Part shown: in pieces, positions 23,791-37,634 of the stretch | How positions within the stretch are numbered: position 1 is the stretch's first letter | Layout: every line of letters begins with the position of its first letter | NCBI GenBank assembly: GCA_002633005.1 | Contig: NMRA01000143.1 | Location: 5,402 to 69,401, forward strand | Length of the DNA stretch: 64,000 bases | Source of the DNA: Phoronis australis | Taxonomy: Eukaryota > Animalia > Phoronida | Direction of reading: 5' to 3' | Translations under genes and position numbers: made by a program | The notes under the pieces: model-generated | The model's database searches: none | What the model saw: the letters and a program-made list of their open reading frames with translations, nothing else | What the model was told of the DNA's origin: nothing

Positions 23791-25349
23791 TATTTGAAAC
23801 CCCTGTTTATCACCTAACAAAGTTCTTGATTTCACATTAATTTAATTTCAGTTCGAAGTCTCTCGACACGAAGTCATGCAACCTCCTTCTCGGTTTCACA
23901 GAAATCGGATGTAGATGATCATATTCGGTCATTCTGAACTTCCATACATATATCTAATGCACACAGTTTTCAGCGCTAGTCACTCTTAACAGACACATTT
24001 TTAATGTGGATCCCGAAAAATTGTCAATCAAATTCCCATCCTCACGTTTAGACTGGAAGAATACATTATTTGCACACGAAGTGCACTACTGTTTTTATCT
24101 AATCAAAGTAACATTTTTAGGGTTGTATGACGTTTTACTTATGGAATAAGAAAATCGGTTTAAGGATGGCTGAAATCAGGCTAAGGCTTAAACTCAACAT
24201 CTGTCTACAACTTGAAGCTAAAAAGATAAAGAAATGCAGCCTGCCCGGAAGCAAACTGAAATCCAAGTCCAAAGACACAAACAATTTTTGGTTATAGACT
24301 CTTTGAGCACAGGACCTAAGGGAAAGAAAACATGAGCGATGCACCTTTTGAGGGCAACAAAAAGACTCGCGTAATCTGATTGGGATCAGTTGAAAGCGAT
24401 GTATAAGATGAACTAACAGGTAAAGCTATAGGCGTAGCAAACAATCAGTCTTGGTTGTCAAGAAGTTTGTTCCTTACCAACTGGGCAGTTTGTGGACAGC
24501 CAATCCATACATGTCAGTGGCAGATCTACGTTTTCAGTAAGGGGGGTTAGGATTCACCCTAATACGAGGCGCGTTTCCCCCCTTCCGTGTAAGATTTTTT
24601 TTGGTTTTGCTGATTTTGTTTCCCTAGCGACATTTTTTTTGAATTTTTATTTTTGATGCTGTCCCCAGGGGGGCGGGTTTGAACCCCCTGAACCCCCCAT
24701 AGACAAACCTCTGTATTTTTAGTGTTTGGTATTTATTTATTATAGTGACAAGTACAATTAATTCAAACAGTTACAGTGTATAACATTCGTAAGACAGATA
24801 AGTACCCAGCCCAGTTGGGCTTATTAGTCACTTTAACCACACAACTCAGATGTAGGCCTGCCATAAATGCGTCGGTTTCTAAGTTCAAAAGCAGACTGGC
24901 AAATTGCCTGGGTAAATACTGNNNNNNNNNNNNNNNNNNNNNNNNNNNNNNNNNNNNNNNNNNNNNNNNNNNNNNNNNNNNNNNNNNNNNNNNNNNNNNN
25001 NNNNNNNNNNNNNNNNNNNNNNNNNNNNNNNNNNNNNNNNNNNNNNNNNNNNNNNNNNNNNNNNNNNNNNNNNNNNNNNNNNNNNNNNNNNNNNNNNNNN
25101 NNNNNNNNNNNNNNNNNNNNNNNNNNNNNNNNNNNNNNNNNNNNNNNNNNNNNNNNNNNNNNNNNNNNNNNNNNNNNNNNNNNNNNNNNNNNNNNNNNNN
25201 NNNNNNNNNNNNNNNNNNNNNNNNNNNNNNNNNNNNNNNNNNNNNNNNNNNNNNNNNNNTTTTTTTGAATTTTTATTTTTGATGCTGTCCCCAGGGGGGC
25301 GGGTTTGAACCCCCTGAACCCCCCATAGACAAACCTCTGTATTTTTAGT

Positions 25350-26790
25350 GTTTGGTATTTATTTATTATAGTGACAAGTACAATTAATTCAAACAGTTAC
25401 AGTGTATAACATTCGTAAGACAGATAAGTACCCAGCCCAGTTGGGCTTATTAGTCACTTTAACCACACAACTCAGATGTAGGCCTGCCATAAATGCGTCG
25501 GTTTCTAAGTTCAAAAGCAGACTGGCAAATTGCCTGGGTAAATACTGGAGCAGAAGTTTTAACGTATTTAATCTTCTAAAATCTGCAAAGTTCAGGATTT
25601 GAAGTGAAACATTATTAAATAGAATAGACCTCCGTGAGTTATAAAGAGAACAATGAAACACAAAATATAGCTCAATAATCCTCCACAGACTGAACCAGAA
25701 TCGCAAAATCTTTCAGTTACAGGTGGAGTGTTTACATAACGACCAGTTTCCAAGTACAATTGGAGATTTCCTGCTATAAACTGAGCCAAAATAGATCGCT
25801 CGGAACGAGATAAATTTAGCTTCACATACGGTTCAGTTGAAAACTCGTTCTTAAATAAAATGTAGGTTTTTAACTTGGGTTTTATTACAACTCAGCCCAA
25901 ACATGTTTCGGGTATTCAAATAGTTTGTTTCTAGCATCTACTATGTTACAAGAAGTCAAATTTTGAAAACAGTGTTGTATGCCAGTTATGTTAAAGAAAT
26001 TTTTGATTCCGTCTATCCAACCATTTCTACCAACAGAGTAGTCCCATAGAAATACCTTCTTCAGTAACCTATCACCACCTGTGGTTACTAGTTTGTTCCA
26101 CAGGCGCAGCATATTCAATTTAAATCTATTTTCGGTGGAGTCCCACCCCATATCGCCATTAACAGCATGAGTGGCTGTAAATCGATTGACTCCTACATAA
26201 AAACGCATAGCTCTGTTTTGAACATTTTCATCATTACCAAAAGTTTTGTAACCCCAAACACATCACCCGTAATCCAAAATTGGTGCCACACACGAATTGA
26301 ATGTTTTAAACGTTTCGAATCCTAGATTCTTGTTATCACGGAATGTTGACCGCATTGACATCATAGTATTAAGATGTCTATAGTTGAGCGTATCTTCCCT
26401 AACGCTCTACCAGAAGCTTCAGATAACATATTCAATTTTTTTTTTGAAGTCAAGGTATTGATCGATAATACAGCCTAAATATTTGTATAATTATTTATAA
26501 CTAATGACACTGTTAAAAATAATTTCAAAATTGCTTCTAGGCATAGACTTAGCTCGAAAATTGATAACATTTAGTTTTTGCCATGATTACAACCATTCTC
26601 CACTTTTTTACACCAGTTGTTTAAAACCTTCAGCATATCTTGCATGTCATTTTCATTCTCAGACAAAAGTGCAATATTGTTGACATAAAGAAGCACTGAA
26701 ATATTGATCTGACTACGTGTGACACCTTTACCCAATTTTTTGATGTCCATATCTAAGTCATTTACATACAATGCAAAGAAGGTTGGTGCA
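25350..26790 (-). mobile_element. Decayed CR1-group LINE RT and C-terminus; its 3' end is repeated at 24720-24921 before the N gap
   Basis: LYVNDL..ISVLLYVNNIALL (degenerate YADD), GDMGW, LSRSERSILAQF..LETGRY; absent from duplication copy B. Confidence 0.8.
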
Positions 26791-26817
26791 TGTAAATTAG
26801 CTGTTAGTCAGATTTTA

Positions 26818-27058
26818 GAGGAGGCAGTGTGGCCTCGTTGAGAAGTGCCCGCTTTCTTTACTCGAGGTCGTGGGTTCGAGTCCCACCAGGTCACACTGCT
26901 AACCCTTGAGCCAGGTTTCTAGCTCCTCAGCTCGGTTTTAACCATATATCAATAAAGCATAAAAATATTTCCAGGTGATCAGTGCAATGGGCCCACATGC
27001 GAGGCCTGCGCACGTCTGGTACAACGCGTATCAGACAGCCTGCAATTATTTATATTTA
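26818..27058 (+). mobile_element. tRNA-derived SINE
   Basis: A-box-like TGGCCTCGTTG and B box GGTTCGAGTCC, AT-rich tail, 13-bp TSD with one mismatch (TAGTCAG[A/G]TTTTA at 26805 and 27059); empty site in copy B. Confidence 0.75.
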
Positions 27059-28191
27059 TAGTCAGGTTTTACGTCAGGCAAATTACCCTTCCCTTGTCAG
27101 AAACAACATTGCTTGGAATAAAAAAAAATATTACTTTATGAAGTGACTAGGATTTAAAGCGGTGTCAACAGTGTTTTAGAATGAAATAGGACCGAGCGCA
27201 CGTACAGGGTCTTGTTAAAACATATTAGAATTGTCAAGTGTTTTAAAAATCTATAACATGATAAAATTTTTATTTATTGTTGCGGTGTTATCAGCAGAAA
27301 TTTTCTCTCTTATATTCCTTCCTTTGTGTTAGAATAATGGAGACAAATCTGAACATGTTGAAGTACACACCTGGGTGCACGTGCCTGTTCGTGTGCCGTC
27401 GTCGAAAATTGGCCATAAACTGAATGTGGAGCGAGGCGAAGTACTCGCGATACATGTATGTCACCCAACAGTTCGGGCTCATTGACGATTCTGTTCAACT
27501 CTAGTTCCAGCATGTGGCTGTGGATTAAAAGATCTTGAGACGGTGTTTCCGTTCTTTGTTTGAAATATAATGGATACTTACCCAGACGGTGCCGGTACCG
27601 ATGCTGACGACTGTTAAAGGGCTACCAACGGCGCAAAGTCGGTCCGTGTCGATCTTGCTGAGCCAGGTAGGCCTACTTGCGTGGCAGCGGTGTAGTTGCC
27701 GACCGTGGCCGAGTCTTAACATAAAGTCACCACTTCAGACACGTAAAATAGCACACCCAGAGAGTTTATCTACGACAACGAACCAAGTCTCTGCTGTCCG
27801 AAATGTCCGTTAAATGCCTTTTATACGGACGATCCCAGTTTTCATAAAGGGGGAGCTGCATACAGCTTTGTCTCATGGTCTACTTTCGTTATGAATTCTC
27901 ACATAGATTTCAATGGTTGTTTTGGGAATAAGTATCTTGAACTTGATGTACCACATTTGTCATGGATGCATATCCTCTCATGAAATAATTAATTCAACCG
28001 AACCTTGATTTTCCATGGGTAGAACTCGACCAGAAGTGCTTTAGCAGACGCGAAAACCTGGCGAAAATGCAAGATCAAGCAAAACTTCGCAAAATATCGC
28101 CACGTATTACAAGAGAAGCACGTGATCATGCTAGCTTCCTTCGCAAAATTTTTACGTCTACGGAACTCAACCCAGTTGTGGCATGACCGTC

Positions 28192-28776
28192 CCCTAGCTG
28201 GTTCCCTGCGCGCCGCTAGGTGGTAGCCAGCACGCAGGTATCACTTAATTTTCCTCCGGAAATGTTTTGCACTGGCTTTTCTGATAGGCTAGCCGAATTT
28301 TCAACAGGCAGCGCTTTACACAAACAAACTGGCATGACTGATGGAGGGAGTGTAAATGTGGTCTTTTCTACAGACAAATCGGTGCTTAAAATTCACTTTC
28401 AAGAAATGTGAATCCAAGAAAATTGTGGATGCTCCTTTTCGGAGTGCATCCTTCTACTGTCGCTGACTTTGGTTTACGTTGCTGTCCTGTATTCATAAAG
28501 TGCGAATAACCAGGTTAGTACGGCGTGTTTATTGTACTTGTATGTGCTTCAAACACGCGGCCTTACATTAGCCCTACTGCAGAAACGAAATAGTTGCTGC
28601 TACGCCACTTGCATGACAAGACTAAAAATCTTTCATAGTCCGCCATTTTCTCACTTTTGTTGTATAGGTAACCAATGACTGCCGAGGTTATGTCAACCAA
28701 TGATAAAGCGCGTGCTAATGTGTGCTACCTGCGTGCTGGCTACAACCTAGCCGGGCACGCAAGGAACCAGCGAGAG
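28192..28776. mobile_element. Non-autonomous TIR element (~50-bp imperfect TIRs, possible 5-bp TSD CCGTC)
   Basis: gctggttccctgcgcgccgctaggtggtagccagcacgcaggta is mirrored by tacctgcgtgctggctacaacctagccgggcacgcaaggaaccagc. Confidence 0.65.
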
Positions 28777-29870
28777 CCGTCCCGTGAACTGCATTCTGGG
28801 TAATTCGACGACAACTCTCAACGTTTCCATTTCCGTATACAAAAATTGTGTATTTATGAACGTGAAGAATAGGAAATTGACAAAGGATTACCGCGATCGT
28901 GTAAAAATAGCCAGGACGGATAGCTTCGATTTTCATTGACCTCTCCCAGGCGGATTAAACCAAAAAATTAACATAAATTCTCTATAACCAGCGTAGTCTG
29001 TTCTTATTAAATCAAAAACTTTTTTTCATAGTTCCATTTGATCTTCAAACGTAATGCGGTCGCTTTCTTATCTTTAATTTGAATTGAATTTGGTTCCCAT
29101 AAATCACCTGGAATGACCCTAAGGACTATACTGCCTTGGTGACTGAAAATAACCCGCCGTGACAAGTAGCCATGTTCTGGTTTCAAAAATTACTTTCTTC
29201 ACAAACTTTCCTGCTCCTCCTCAAGCCATTTCTTCTGGATTTGATAGTAAAATAAAACACCTGGAATTCACGAAACATCGGTCTCGGTCGATACGCGGAT
29301 TCCTAAGTTTCTTTCATTTTTCCGCGTACTTTTTAAATACTTCACTCAGGCTTTTCACGTGGCAGTTCACATCCTGTATGAATGTACTTGCGCGTTAGGT
29401 TGCAAGTTTTCTCTAGTAAAAGAAACAATTTTAAATGTAGCGATTTATTACTTGGAAAGAGATAGCAGAGAGGAATACAACGGCAACTTTGCACTGAAGC
29501 TGTAACTTCTCCTGAAACTGGTTAAATAACAACAATATTCGATATTGTAGTTACCGAGGAATCGGCCCCTGAGTTGCAGACGATATAATATTTAGCAAAT
29601 GAAATCTTTTACAGAACTGTTATATAATTAACTGTTCTGTTCCAGATGTTACGAGTGAGACATGATTGCGCGTTGAGTGTTATTTACACTGCTACAAATG
29701 TATCATTTTAAACTATTTTCGGAAACTTTGATGATCTAACCAGCTAACGACGTCGAGTCGACATTGTCCTACATTTGAACTTTCCATGTCAGAGGTCACT
29801 GTTAAAGTAGTGCGGGAGGTGAATACGGAAGAATATTACATGGCCGTATTTCCCTCCACAGATTCAACGC

Positions 29871-30060
29871 GTATGGGATAAATATAGATTATTACATGGC
29901 GAAGTAGTTATCCCCCGTTATCTAGTGCCCGAGTGGATTTTGGAGAATTACCGCCCGAGGGGCGTCAGCCCCGAGAGCGATAATTCTCCAAAATCCACGA
30001 GGGCTCTAGATAAAGGGGATAACGACTGAGAACATGTAATAATCTATTTATACCACATAC
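29871..30060. repeat. ~190-bp imperfect palindrome (fold-back / MITE-like)
   Basis: Arms ATAGATTATTACATG..TTATCCCC..TATCTAG..GTGGATTTTGGAGAATTA mirrored around cccgaggggcgtcagccccgag. Confidence 0.85.
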
Positions 30061-30543
30061 TGAATGAGAAACATTGCAATGAATTGATCTACTTTTCTCG
30101 ACTCGCCTCGGCTTTGTAACTACTTTCTATGTCAGAGGCCCGGGGTCGGAGGTCGTGACCTTTTCAGAAAAGCAGAGCTATTTTGCCAAATAATACTTTT
30201 ACTCAAAACCAATTGATAATTTAAACAAAACATAAATAAAGTGAATCCATGAATTAAGGTTTAGCATCTATTATAGCTTACTACACATTTTATCACGCTA
30301 AGCTGCGACCGGGAAAATATCGTCTGCTAAAGTAGGTTACCAGTGGTAACTTAGTATAATGCTCAAGCCAAAGGATCCTGACGACCCGATTTCTGCATTC
30401 AAATTGGCGATGGGTGATTTACAAGTGAGAGAACATGAGAGAAAAATTTCACTGAATTAAAGTATCGTCTTATTTTTCATACCCTATCAATGTCGGTACA
30501 ATGCCCTTTGTTGAACATGCGATTTTTGCGCGTAATCATTTAA

Positions 30544-32188
30544 AGGAGAATGCCACCCGTCTTAATCGGTCTATATCCACATCGCCTCTTATACGGTCGA
30601 CCTCACCTTGCCGAGAGGTGTCGCGTTAACCCGTAAGGAAGGAAAGAAACGACGCAGCGACGTCAGTGGTTCGTCTGCAGAGCGAATGCCGCTGTATTGC
30701 GGTGCATCGTTCCCGCTTGTCCGAACTATGAAGCTGCGAAGAAAGCGGGTATATCGTTTTTTCGACTTCCTCGAGAGCCCGAAATGCTTAGGAAGTGGGT
30801 CGCGGTAGTGAAGAATGAAAGGTACGCTGTTCATAGCAAATATGAGGCCGTGAAACATCTCTGTGTCTGTGGCCGGCATTTCGTCGACAGTGATTTCCCT
30901 GACGAATTCCGGTTTACCAAAGAACTACCCATACGTTCCGTTGGCTGTGCATGTTCACGACGCCCCTCTAGTATTTCTTGGTCAGTGTATTCCGGTTCGA
31001 ACTGATAGCCTTTGAAATCTAACGATCCGACCCGTGAAGTCTTCGTCTGATGAGCTCTTAACTAAGTTGGTATTGGCGCCTGACGAGTTGCCATGTAGAC
31101 GTTTATTTTCTCTGTTTCAAAATGAACTATTCTCAACATAACCAATACTTATATAGAACTGAAACAAAATCTGTCTCTGGGAGTGCAAATGTTGAGAAGC
31201 CAACAATGAATAAACCACTGCGTTATCGGCTTTTTATGCCGACAATAAAGGTAATTGACCCGGCGCCGAGGCCGTGTGAGCGCATGCTAATTCAGTGTTT
31301 ACTGACAGACCACTGTTGTGAAACAATTACTCGATTTTATATGATATGGTCACATGTTAGGGGAATCTTTATTTAGAAATACAAATACATTATTCAAATC
31401 ACTGTTAGTGTACAACCTTTGCCCTGACGGTCTGTGGAAGGGGAACCTGACTTTGAGGCCCCCGTCAAGTAAGTAGATTTTCAGTTTCGTGGCTAATTCA
31501 CATAAATAATTACTTGCACATTATTTCTTTGGCTCACTATTATAGCCTTTTCGTGGCTGCAGGTTTAGTCTCCAACTCAAGCTGGTTTATTTTCGTGCCA
31601 GTCCCGGCGGCCTTATCGGGTTCCGAGCCACTGGCCGGGATAATGAGTCAGTCCGGTCGCGACAGGCCTGATTGGATTCCGAGCCACTGGCCCGATAACA
31701 AGCGTTTTGTGTGTTTAGAACTCATAAAATCAGTCTAAACAACACAGATCTATAGGTTCTCCTGACTGTATTTCTCAGAAGAATACTTCGAATTTATCTC
31801 CGAACAGACCCCAAACTCCTGCTACGGACCTTGGAAATTGACCTGCCGAACTTTGTAGGTTACGGTGTGTCCAAATACCAATAAATCCGTAACAGCGAAA
31901 TAAAGCAACGCGTTTGTATAAGAACTCGGTGTATTTTTAAGAGTTTTACCTCGAGGCTTGATGATTTATTGGTGTTGAACGTTGGATTAAAGCGATCAAC
32001 TGACACCAGTAACCCGTGTTGTGAATTGCTGAAGAGACTGCGTGTGAAACCAATGACGTCTTTGGATAATTTCAACACCTCCGTCTGCCGTCAGGTGTCA
32101 GGTAACGCAACCGAACGTGCCGTTATCAAGTAGAACTACTGAATCTAAATTGATACAAAATAGGTTGTTTTTTGGGTGGCATGCTCCT
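30544..32188 (+). mobile_element. Kolobok-type DNA transposon, internally deleted, retaining a THAP zinc finger (30697-30930)
   Basis: TTAA on both sides; TIR AGGAG[A/C]ATGCCACCC; RCIVPAC..FFRLP..W..VCGRHF THAP motif. Confidence 0.82.
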
Positions 32189-33087
32189 TTAAGTATTCTA
32201 TTTTCACGTTCGATGACGTCAGCCGCTGAGTGTTGTATTGCTTAAGTCGGCGACCCGCAACTCTTCGGGTTCGAAACTTGTCTCGGTTTCCCGCCAAAAT
32301 GTTACCTCACTAGTGAGATAACTTACGGTTGAATTTGCCATTCGACGCTAATGTTGTGGTATGAAGAATGTTATGAGACAAGTTCGTCAAGTTCGCACAA
32401 AGTTGACGTAGAATGGAAGATGTCAAAAATAGTTTAAGTTCAAGTTCGAGGATAAAAATAGGACCCCGAGCCCAGATTTCTCAGCCAATTGACCAACCAA
32501 AGCTGGCGAAGTCAATCAAGAGTACCCATCGTTGCAATGTCCCGTTTAAGTGTATTAATTTCACATTTGGCTGTTCTATTCTGGAGAACAATCTTATGGC
32601 AGTGGTGTCACGCATATATGCGCCAAAGAAAGAATCGTGAACCCATAAGTTTGTAATGTACAAGTAGGCCTGCCTATGTGAACTTAATCACATGGGCTCA
32701 GAAATATGTTCTCCTCGAATTCGGGGTGGAGGTTAGGTATAGGGTCCTAAAAATGCTCGTGACAAAATTCGGAACATCATGTCTCAAAAATGGCTGATTA
32801 CAATCACGTGCAACTTTCAAATACTATACATAATGTACTATTCTCCAAAATTCTGCTGGAAATTGTTTTTAAAATGATCCAATTTTGCATAAGGGGCTAT
32901 CAAAGATAGGAATTTTATGACTTTTATGACTTTTATGAAAAAATCAAAAGTTACACTAAACGAAAACGAAATGATGATTTCGAAGACTGTAAAAACGTTT
33001 TAGAATTGGTCTAAGGAGTGACTGCACGAAAATATCAGGCAAAAGTGGGAACATGACATATCGCATTTACATGAGGAAACACGCATG

Positions 33088-33206
<119 letters not shown>

Positions 33207-33290
33207 CTAATCCTGCTTCCTAGTTAAAAAGGTAGTTTCAAAGTTACACCAGCTCTTTTCTAAACCATCTATACTTTTTCGAAACAAACC

Positions 33291-33610
33291 TCAGAGAATA
33301 AATAACCTGTTTACCCAATAGTGCAATGATGTTCTTAAACGTTTCTTGTTGATCACAAAACCCCAGGATAATAGAGGATAATAGTGTTTTAGGAGAGCGT
33401 GTCGACACTTGAAGCCGTTTACTTTGTTTAAAGTTTCGTTATTTACTCTTATCCAAAACATTTTCACTGTTTCACAGTCCCAAAATAAGTGCTTCAAAGT
33501 CTCTGTAGATTGTCCACAACGGGAGCAAGAGTAGTCGTTCCTAACTTGAATGAGTTTTAAAAAGGAGATCGTAGTCAAACATCTCGTCGACAGCGAAACT
33601 GGAACCACCT
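33291..33610 (-). mobile_element. L1/Tx1-type LINE C-terminal zinc-finger fragment
   Basis: CSRCGQSTETLKHLFWDCETVKMFW (zf-RVT-like CxxC..H..C). Confidence 0.7.
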
Positions 33611-35729
33611 AAATCTATGGTCACATGTTGAATGTCACAGATTTTGACATATAGCTTTTATTAACCCCTATGTGAAATGATTAATAACTGAAGTGTTTTT
33701 AGTTTGAAAAATTAGCAGCTTCAGTAAAATTGGTCCTCTTTCATTTTGGAGATAAATTTTGATCCGGGATTAGGTCAGTTTTTGCAAGTTCTCGACAACT
33801 GTCGTTAAATACCAGTAAAGCAAGAATCTTTATAAACTGGGTTAGTCAAAAACCCAAAAACATTAATCGAAATTTTATTGCAAGTACTTCTTTTCAAACA
33901 GGTTTTGAGCCTTGGCTATTGCGGGGTTATCGCGCTGAGGATATAGGCTACATTTAAGTGCATATGAACGAAGTGGGCAACACTCCTAAGAAGAAAGGCA
34001 TACCTCATCCCAACGAGCTTTTCTTGGTGTATCAGTTGATGTAAAGATTACCACGAGTGGTAACCTGTGCGTTCTCCCACTAAACATAACCACTGCCGCC
34101 TACAATCCGCTGGCGGCAAGACGTTGCGTTAACCGTAACTTCCACAACAAAATAACTAGAATTAGTAGCTAAATAAAACCGAAATAGGTAGATCGCTTGG
34201 ATGTTAACCTTGCGCTGGATACAAAACCACCTTTAGCGTGAATTCAACATTGCGAACTTTTTCTTGCGAAAACATACAATGCCACCTGGTGAATTTTTGG
34301 GTGAACAAATACATTTATTGTATTCACATTACAGAATTACAGTGACATTACAGTAATAAGCATGTATGCATTAGATATAAAATATGCCTTAATTAATGCA
34401 TATTAATTAATCCACAGTGTAAATACACCAACACCACCTAGTGTGTCGTCTTTTTTGTAAATACTTGCGGTTATTTGGCGCAGCACCGTCTTCAGACGGT
34501 ATTTCTCTCAGGAATGAAACCTAGTTTTCGCTTGAAACGACTGAAAACTGACGATTATCAAATCTCTCCATTGTACAAGTGTGACGCCTATCAAAAGTAC
34601 CCCAACTTTTGGCAGTGAACGCTAAAGCTCGTCAAAAATCTCTTTTAGACAATTCCTGGCAAAAATGTCATCTCGCAACGTCTACTCCGTGAGGGAATTA
34701 AGAGAAAAAATCGCAAAATTCGCAATTTTCGAAATAATGGAGAAGGAAAAACTCTGTAGTCATCACAAAGTTTCTAATTTTCCTCCCACGTATGACAAAT
34801 GCGCGCATGCGCTCACAGTCATTCGACAAAGGGCTGACTTGCACGATGGTTATAATGTGATCGCACTCCGAATAGGAGGTCTACAGCACAGCATGAGCTG
34901 AGTGAAGCAATTTTCTAAAAAGAATTCCAAGTGCATTTTGAAATATATTTGAATACTACGATACCTTTATAACTAATTGTTTAAAATTAGTCATATAGGT
35001 ATCGTAGGACTTACATCAATTGCGTGGCTCGTTCTTTAAAAATTTGAAAATCGCCTCCTTTGGCACTCTCATTGAAAACAGCGTCAACTGCCCTCATGTA
35101 AGTTTGGATTGTGGAAGAGAAAACGCTGTATCCACGGAAATGAATGTGTGTTAAAATTGTATAAGCTGTTGGTATCTAGAAATATCGTATTTTGTTCTAT
35201 CAGATGTTGCCCAGAATTTTAACAAGGCCTCCAGGTTGAACAACATGAGCTTGTGCTCTCAATCAGTGGAAGTGGTCAACAAAGTCAAAATACATGTATA
35301 AGTGACATAAATACTTAGCGATTTACGTTAACTCTGGATTTTGGTGAATTACGATGCATCAGTGCAGACAGTGGTGTATTTTAATTTGTTCATATCTATA
35401 TTTTAAAGACTTTTATTACACCTGGGACGTCACTGAGTTTCTGAGCACGATTGGCAACAAAGTTATGATGTAGTGATTGATTTTTTGTTTTTATAAAGAG
35501 ACTCTTGACGAAACTAATTTTCTTTTTATAAGTTAGGTCCACCCAAGAGATAAGTAATAAATAGAAAGGTAACCGTAAATAACTAAAACAGACACTAAGG
35601 GGCACAGGGATCGTTGGATCTGTCAGAAAATAAGTCGTAGTTATCTGTCGTCGGCTTCATTGAAGCACATCTGCCAAATCTCATTAAGATCCTGCAAGAG
35701 GTTAATGAGATACAACAGCGAACGTCAGA

Positions 35730-35990
35730 TGCAGTGTTACGTTGACCAGACTGTGTGTTCGCAGGTTATCCCATCACTTACAAAATGGTGCTTCATGTAT
35801 CAAATGCCATTTTGAATCTGTACATCATAGACGATTGTCAGGGAGAGAATTAGAAGACAACGCTGTTTTCAGGTACATAGACAAAGATAAACAAAGATTG
35901 TTATTACTTGAGTCATTAATTATATTGATGGAGATGCCTGTTCTTAACCATCACTTCACAGGCGACAGTAAAGCACTGTCTCTGTTCAAC
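35730..35990 (+). mobile_element. GIY-YIG endonuclease relic of a Penelope-like element
   Basis: CYVDQT (YIG-like), frameshift, then RRLSHHLQNG..IKCH....H..RLLLLESLIILMEMPVLN (E..I..P.LN terminal motif). Confidence 0.6.
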
Positions 35991-36469
35991 ATACTCTCAC
36001 CTGCTCTGCCCACTGGCTGCATGGCTATTGCCCTGTTTATGTTATAGACTCTGTTTGATCACCTGCTATGCAAAGTACCCTGTTGCTATGCTGTGAATGG
36101 TTTGTTTTGTCATTGCCTTTACTATGATATCTCAGTAATCACTGAGGTCTCATTTTATTCCTTGCTATCGATGAATGTAGTATACGTCAGAAGTCCTGCG
36201 GTCTAATTTATTTTAAAGTACATGCAACTGTATAGGTCAGAAAGTTCTGGGATATTTGTAGTTCTTAGATAATGGCTTTCAAAGAACACTTAAAGGGAAA
36301 TTGTCTGTTATTATATATTACCTTTGGCCATTGCTATCAAACAACAAAACCCATTATTGTGTCATTACAAATCGACATTTTTGATGTTGGCTGAAAGCAA
36401 TTTTCTGAAATTGAGGCTAGTGACTATTTCAGTTAACTACACTCAAAATACTGCCATATTTATAAAGTG

Positions 36470-36545
36470 TGCATTAGCTCCGATGGCAAAGCGCTGGACT
36501 ACGATCGACGAGGTCATGAGTTTGAATCTATCTTGGTGCTGATCT
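36470..36545 (+). mobile_element. Degenerate tRNA-like SINE head
   Basis: TAGCTCCGATGG (A-box-like) and GAGTTTGAATC (B-box-like) with tRNA-like spacing. Confidence 0.35.
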
Positions 36546-37634
36546 CAAAAATATATGTCTTGTCTACGGTGTCACTTTAAATCCTGTCTTGAACATTAAA
36601 ACATGTTAATTCTGTAATTACAGCATGTTTTGAACATTACTCTGAACACACTTTTACCATAAATGTAACGCCCGGTTGAGGTCATTGACTTACATCTTTT
36701 TACGTCACCGCAAGAATCCTCTATTCAGGCACCCATTCAATAAAATTACTTTGCGTTTTTCACTTTTTGTTCTGTGTTCACACAGCGACCCACTGTAATA
36801 CGAAAAAATTCAGGCGTCATTTAACTAAATTACATTTGAGTGTTGTGTTTTCCAAGTTAAGCATGGCTACTTTCTGGGTATCCCAATACAATTGTCCAAT
36901 ACCAGGAAGTTCTCACTGATGTCCCTTTATGCAAGCATTAAAGAATGATCTTCAAAGATCGATGCAATTTAAAAGAAAACCTTTTGCTCTACCCCCTGAC
37001 GAATTAGGACTTCCTCCACGATTTTCGACGAAATGTTTAATCGACAGAGCTGGTATTAACAGAATTCACCAACTAGTTTTCTTTGAAAACAGCAGAATGT
37101 GACCTAAGACTGCCTCACTCGTCTTACCATTCTCTTCAGCACCTTGCCAAACACAACATGTCTACCATGGGTTCTTTACTGACGTGATGAAAAATTGCGA
37201 GCCGTTGGTGTCTTGGCCAGCATTAGCCAAGGATAGCCAACCGGAACCAAAATGGCGTAACTTGAAATTCTCGTCCTTAAGATATATGGTAACAAATGTT
37301 AATTAAATGGAACATTGAATTGGTTGTGATCAAACTTATCTATCCATTCAAGAGTAAACACATTCCTGTGTTTAAGCCCACCTCCATCATCATGTTTCGA
37401 ATATAAACGCACCTGTTTGGGTTCAAGCCCATACTTTCTGAGACATCTCTGAATTTCAATGATTAAAAATATTCTCCACTTGATTTTTTACAATCTTCAC
37501 CGCAGTTGAGCAGCTTATACTAGACCCATGTCCCAGTAGGTAAAGCTGTATTTATTCAAACTCAGGCTCACACAAACCCCAACCAAACGACAGGTAGGCA
37601 TACGCAAAGAAAAAGAACGATGAAGAAAACATCG

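Larger units (their letters stand above)
17500..29290. repeat. Segmental duplication copy A (TRIM gene + flanks), homologous to ~39340-48070
   Basis: Collinear blocks by eye: 17.5-20.7 kb vs 39.3-42.0 kb, 22.1-24.5 kb vs 43.0-46.0 kb, 27.1-27.85 kb vs 46.9-47.65 kb, 28.9-29.3 kb vs 47.65-48.07 kb. Confidence 0.9.

Noticed and set aside
23285-23835. Several 100-160 aa ORFs (HTYI / MYVC repeats)
   Set aside because: Translations of a (CATA)n microsatellite in all frames
24776-25282. ORFs running through N gaps (also 41950-42244)
   Set aside because: Open only because Ns contain no stop codons
26818-26895. tRNA gene
   Set aside because: Has A/B boxes but no clean cloverleaf; followed by a body and tail and flanked by a TSD, so a SINE
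31047-31075. CTGATGAG as a hammerhead core
   Set aside because: No helix II closure followed by GAAA
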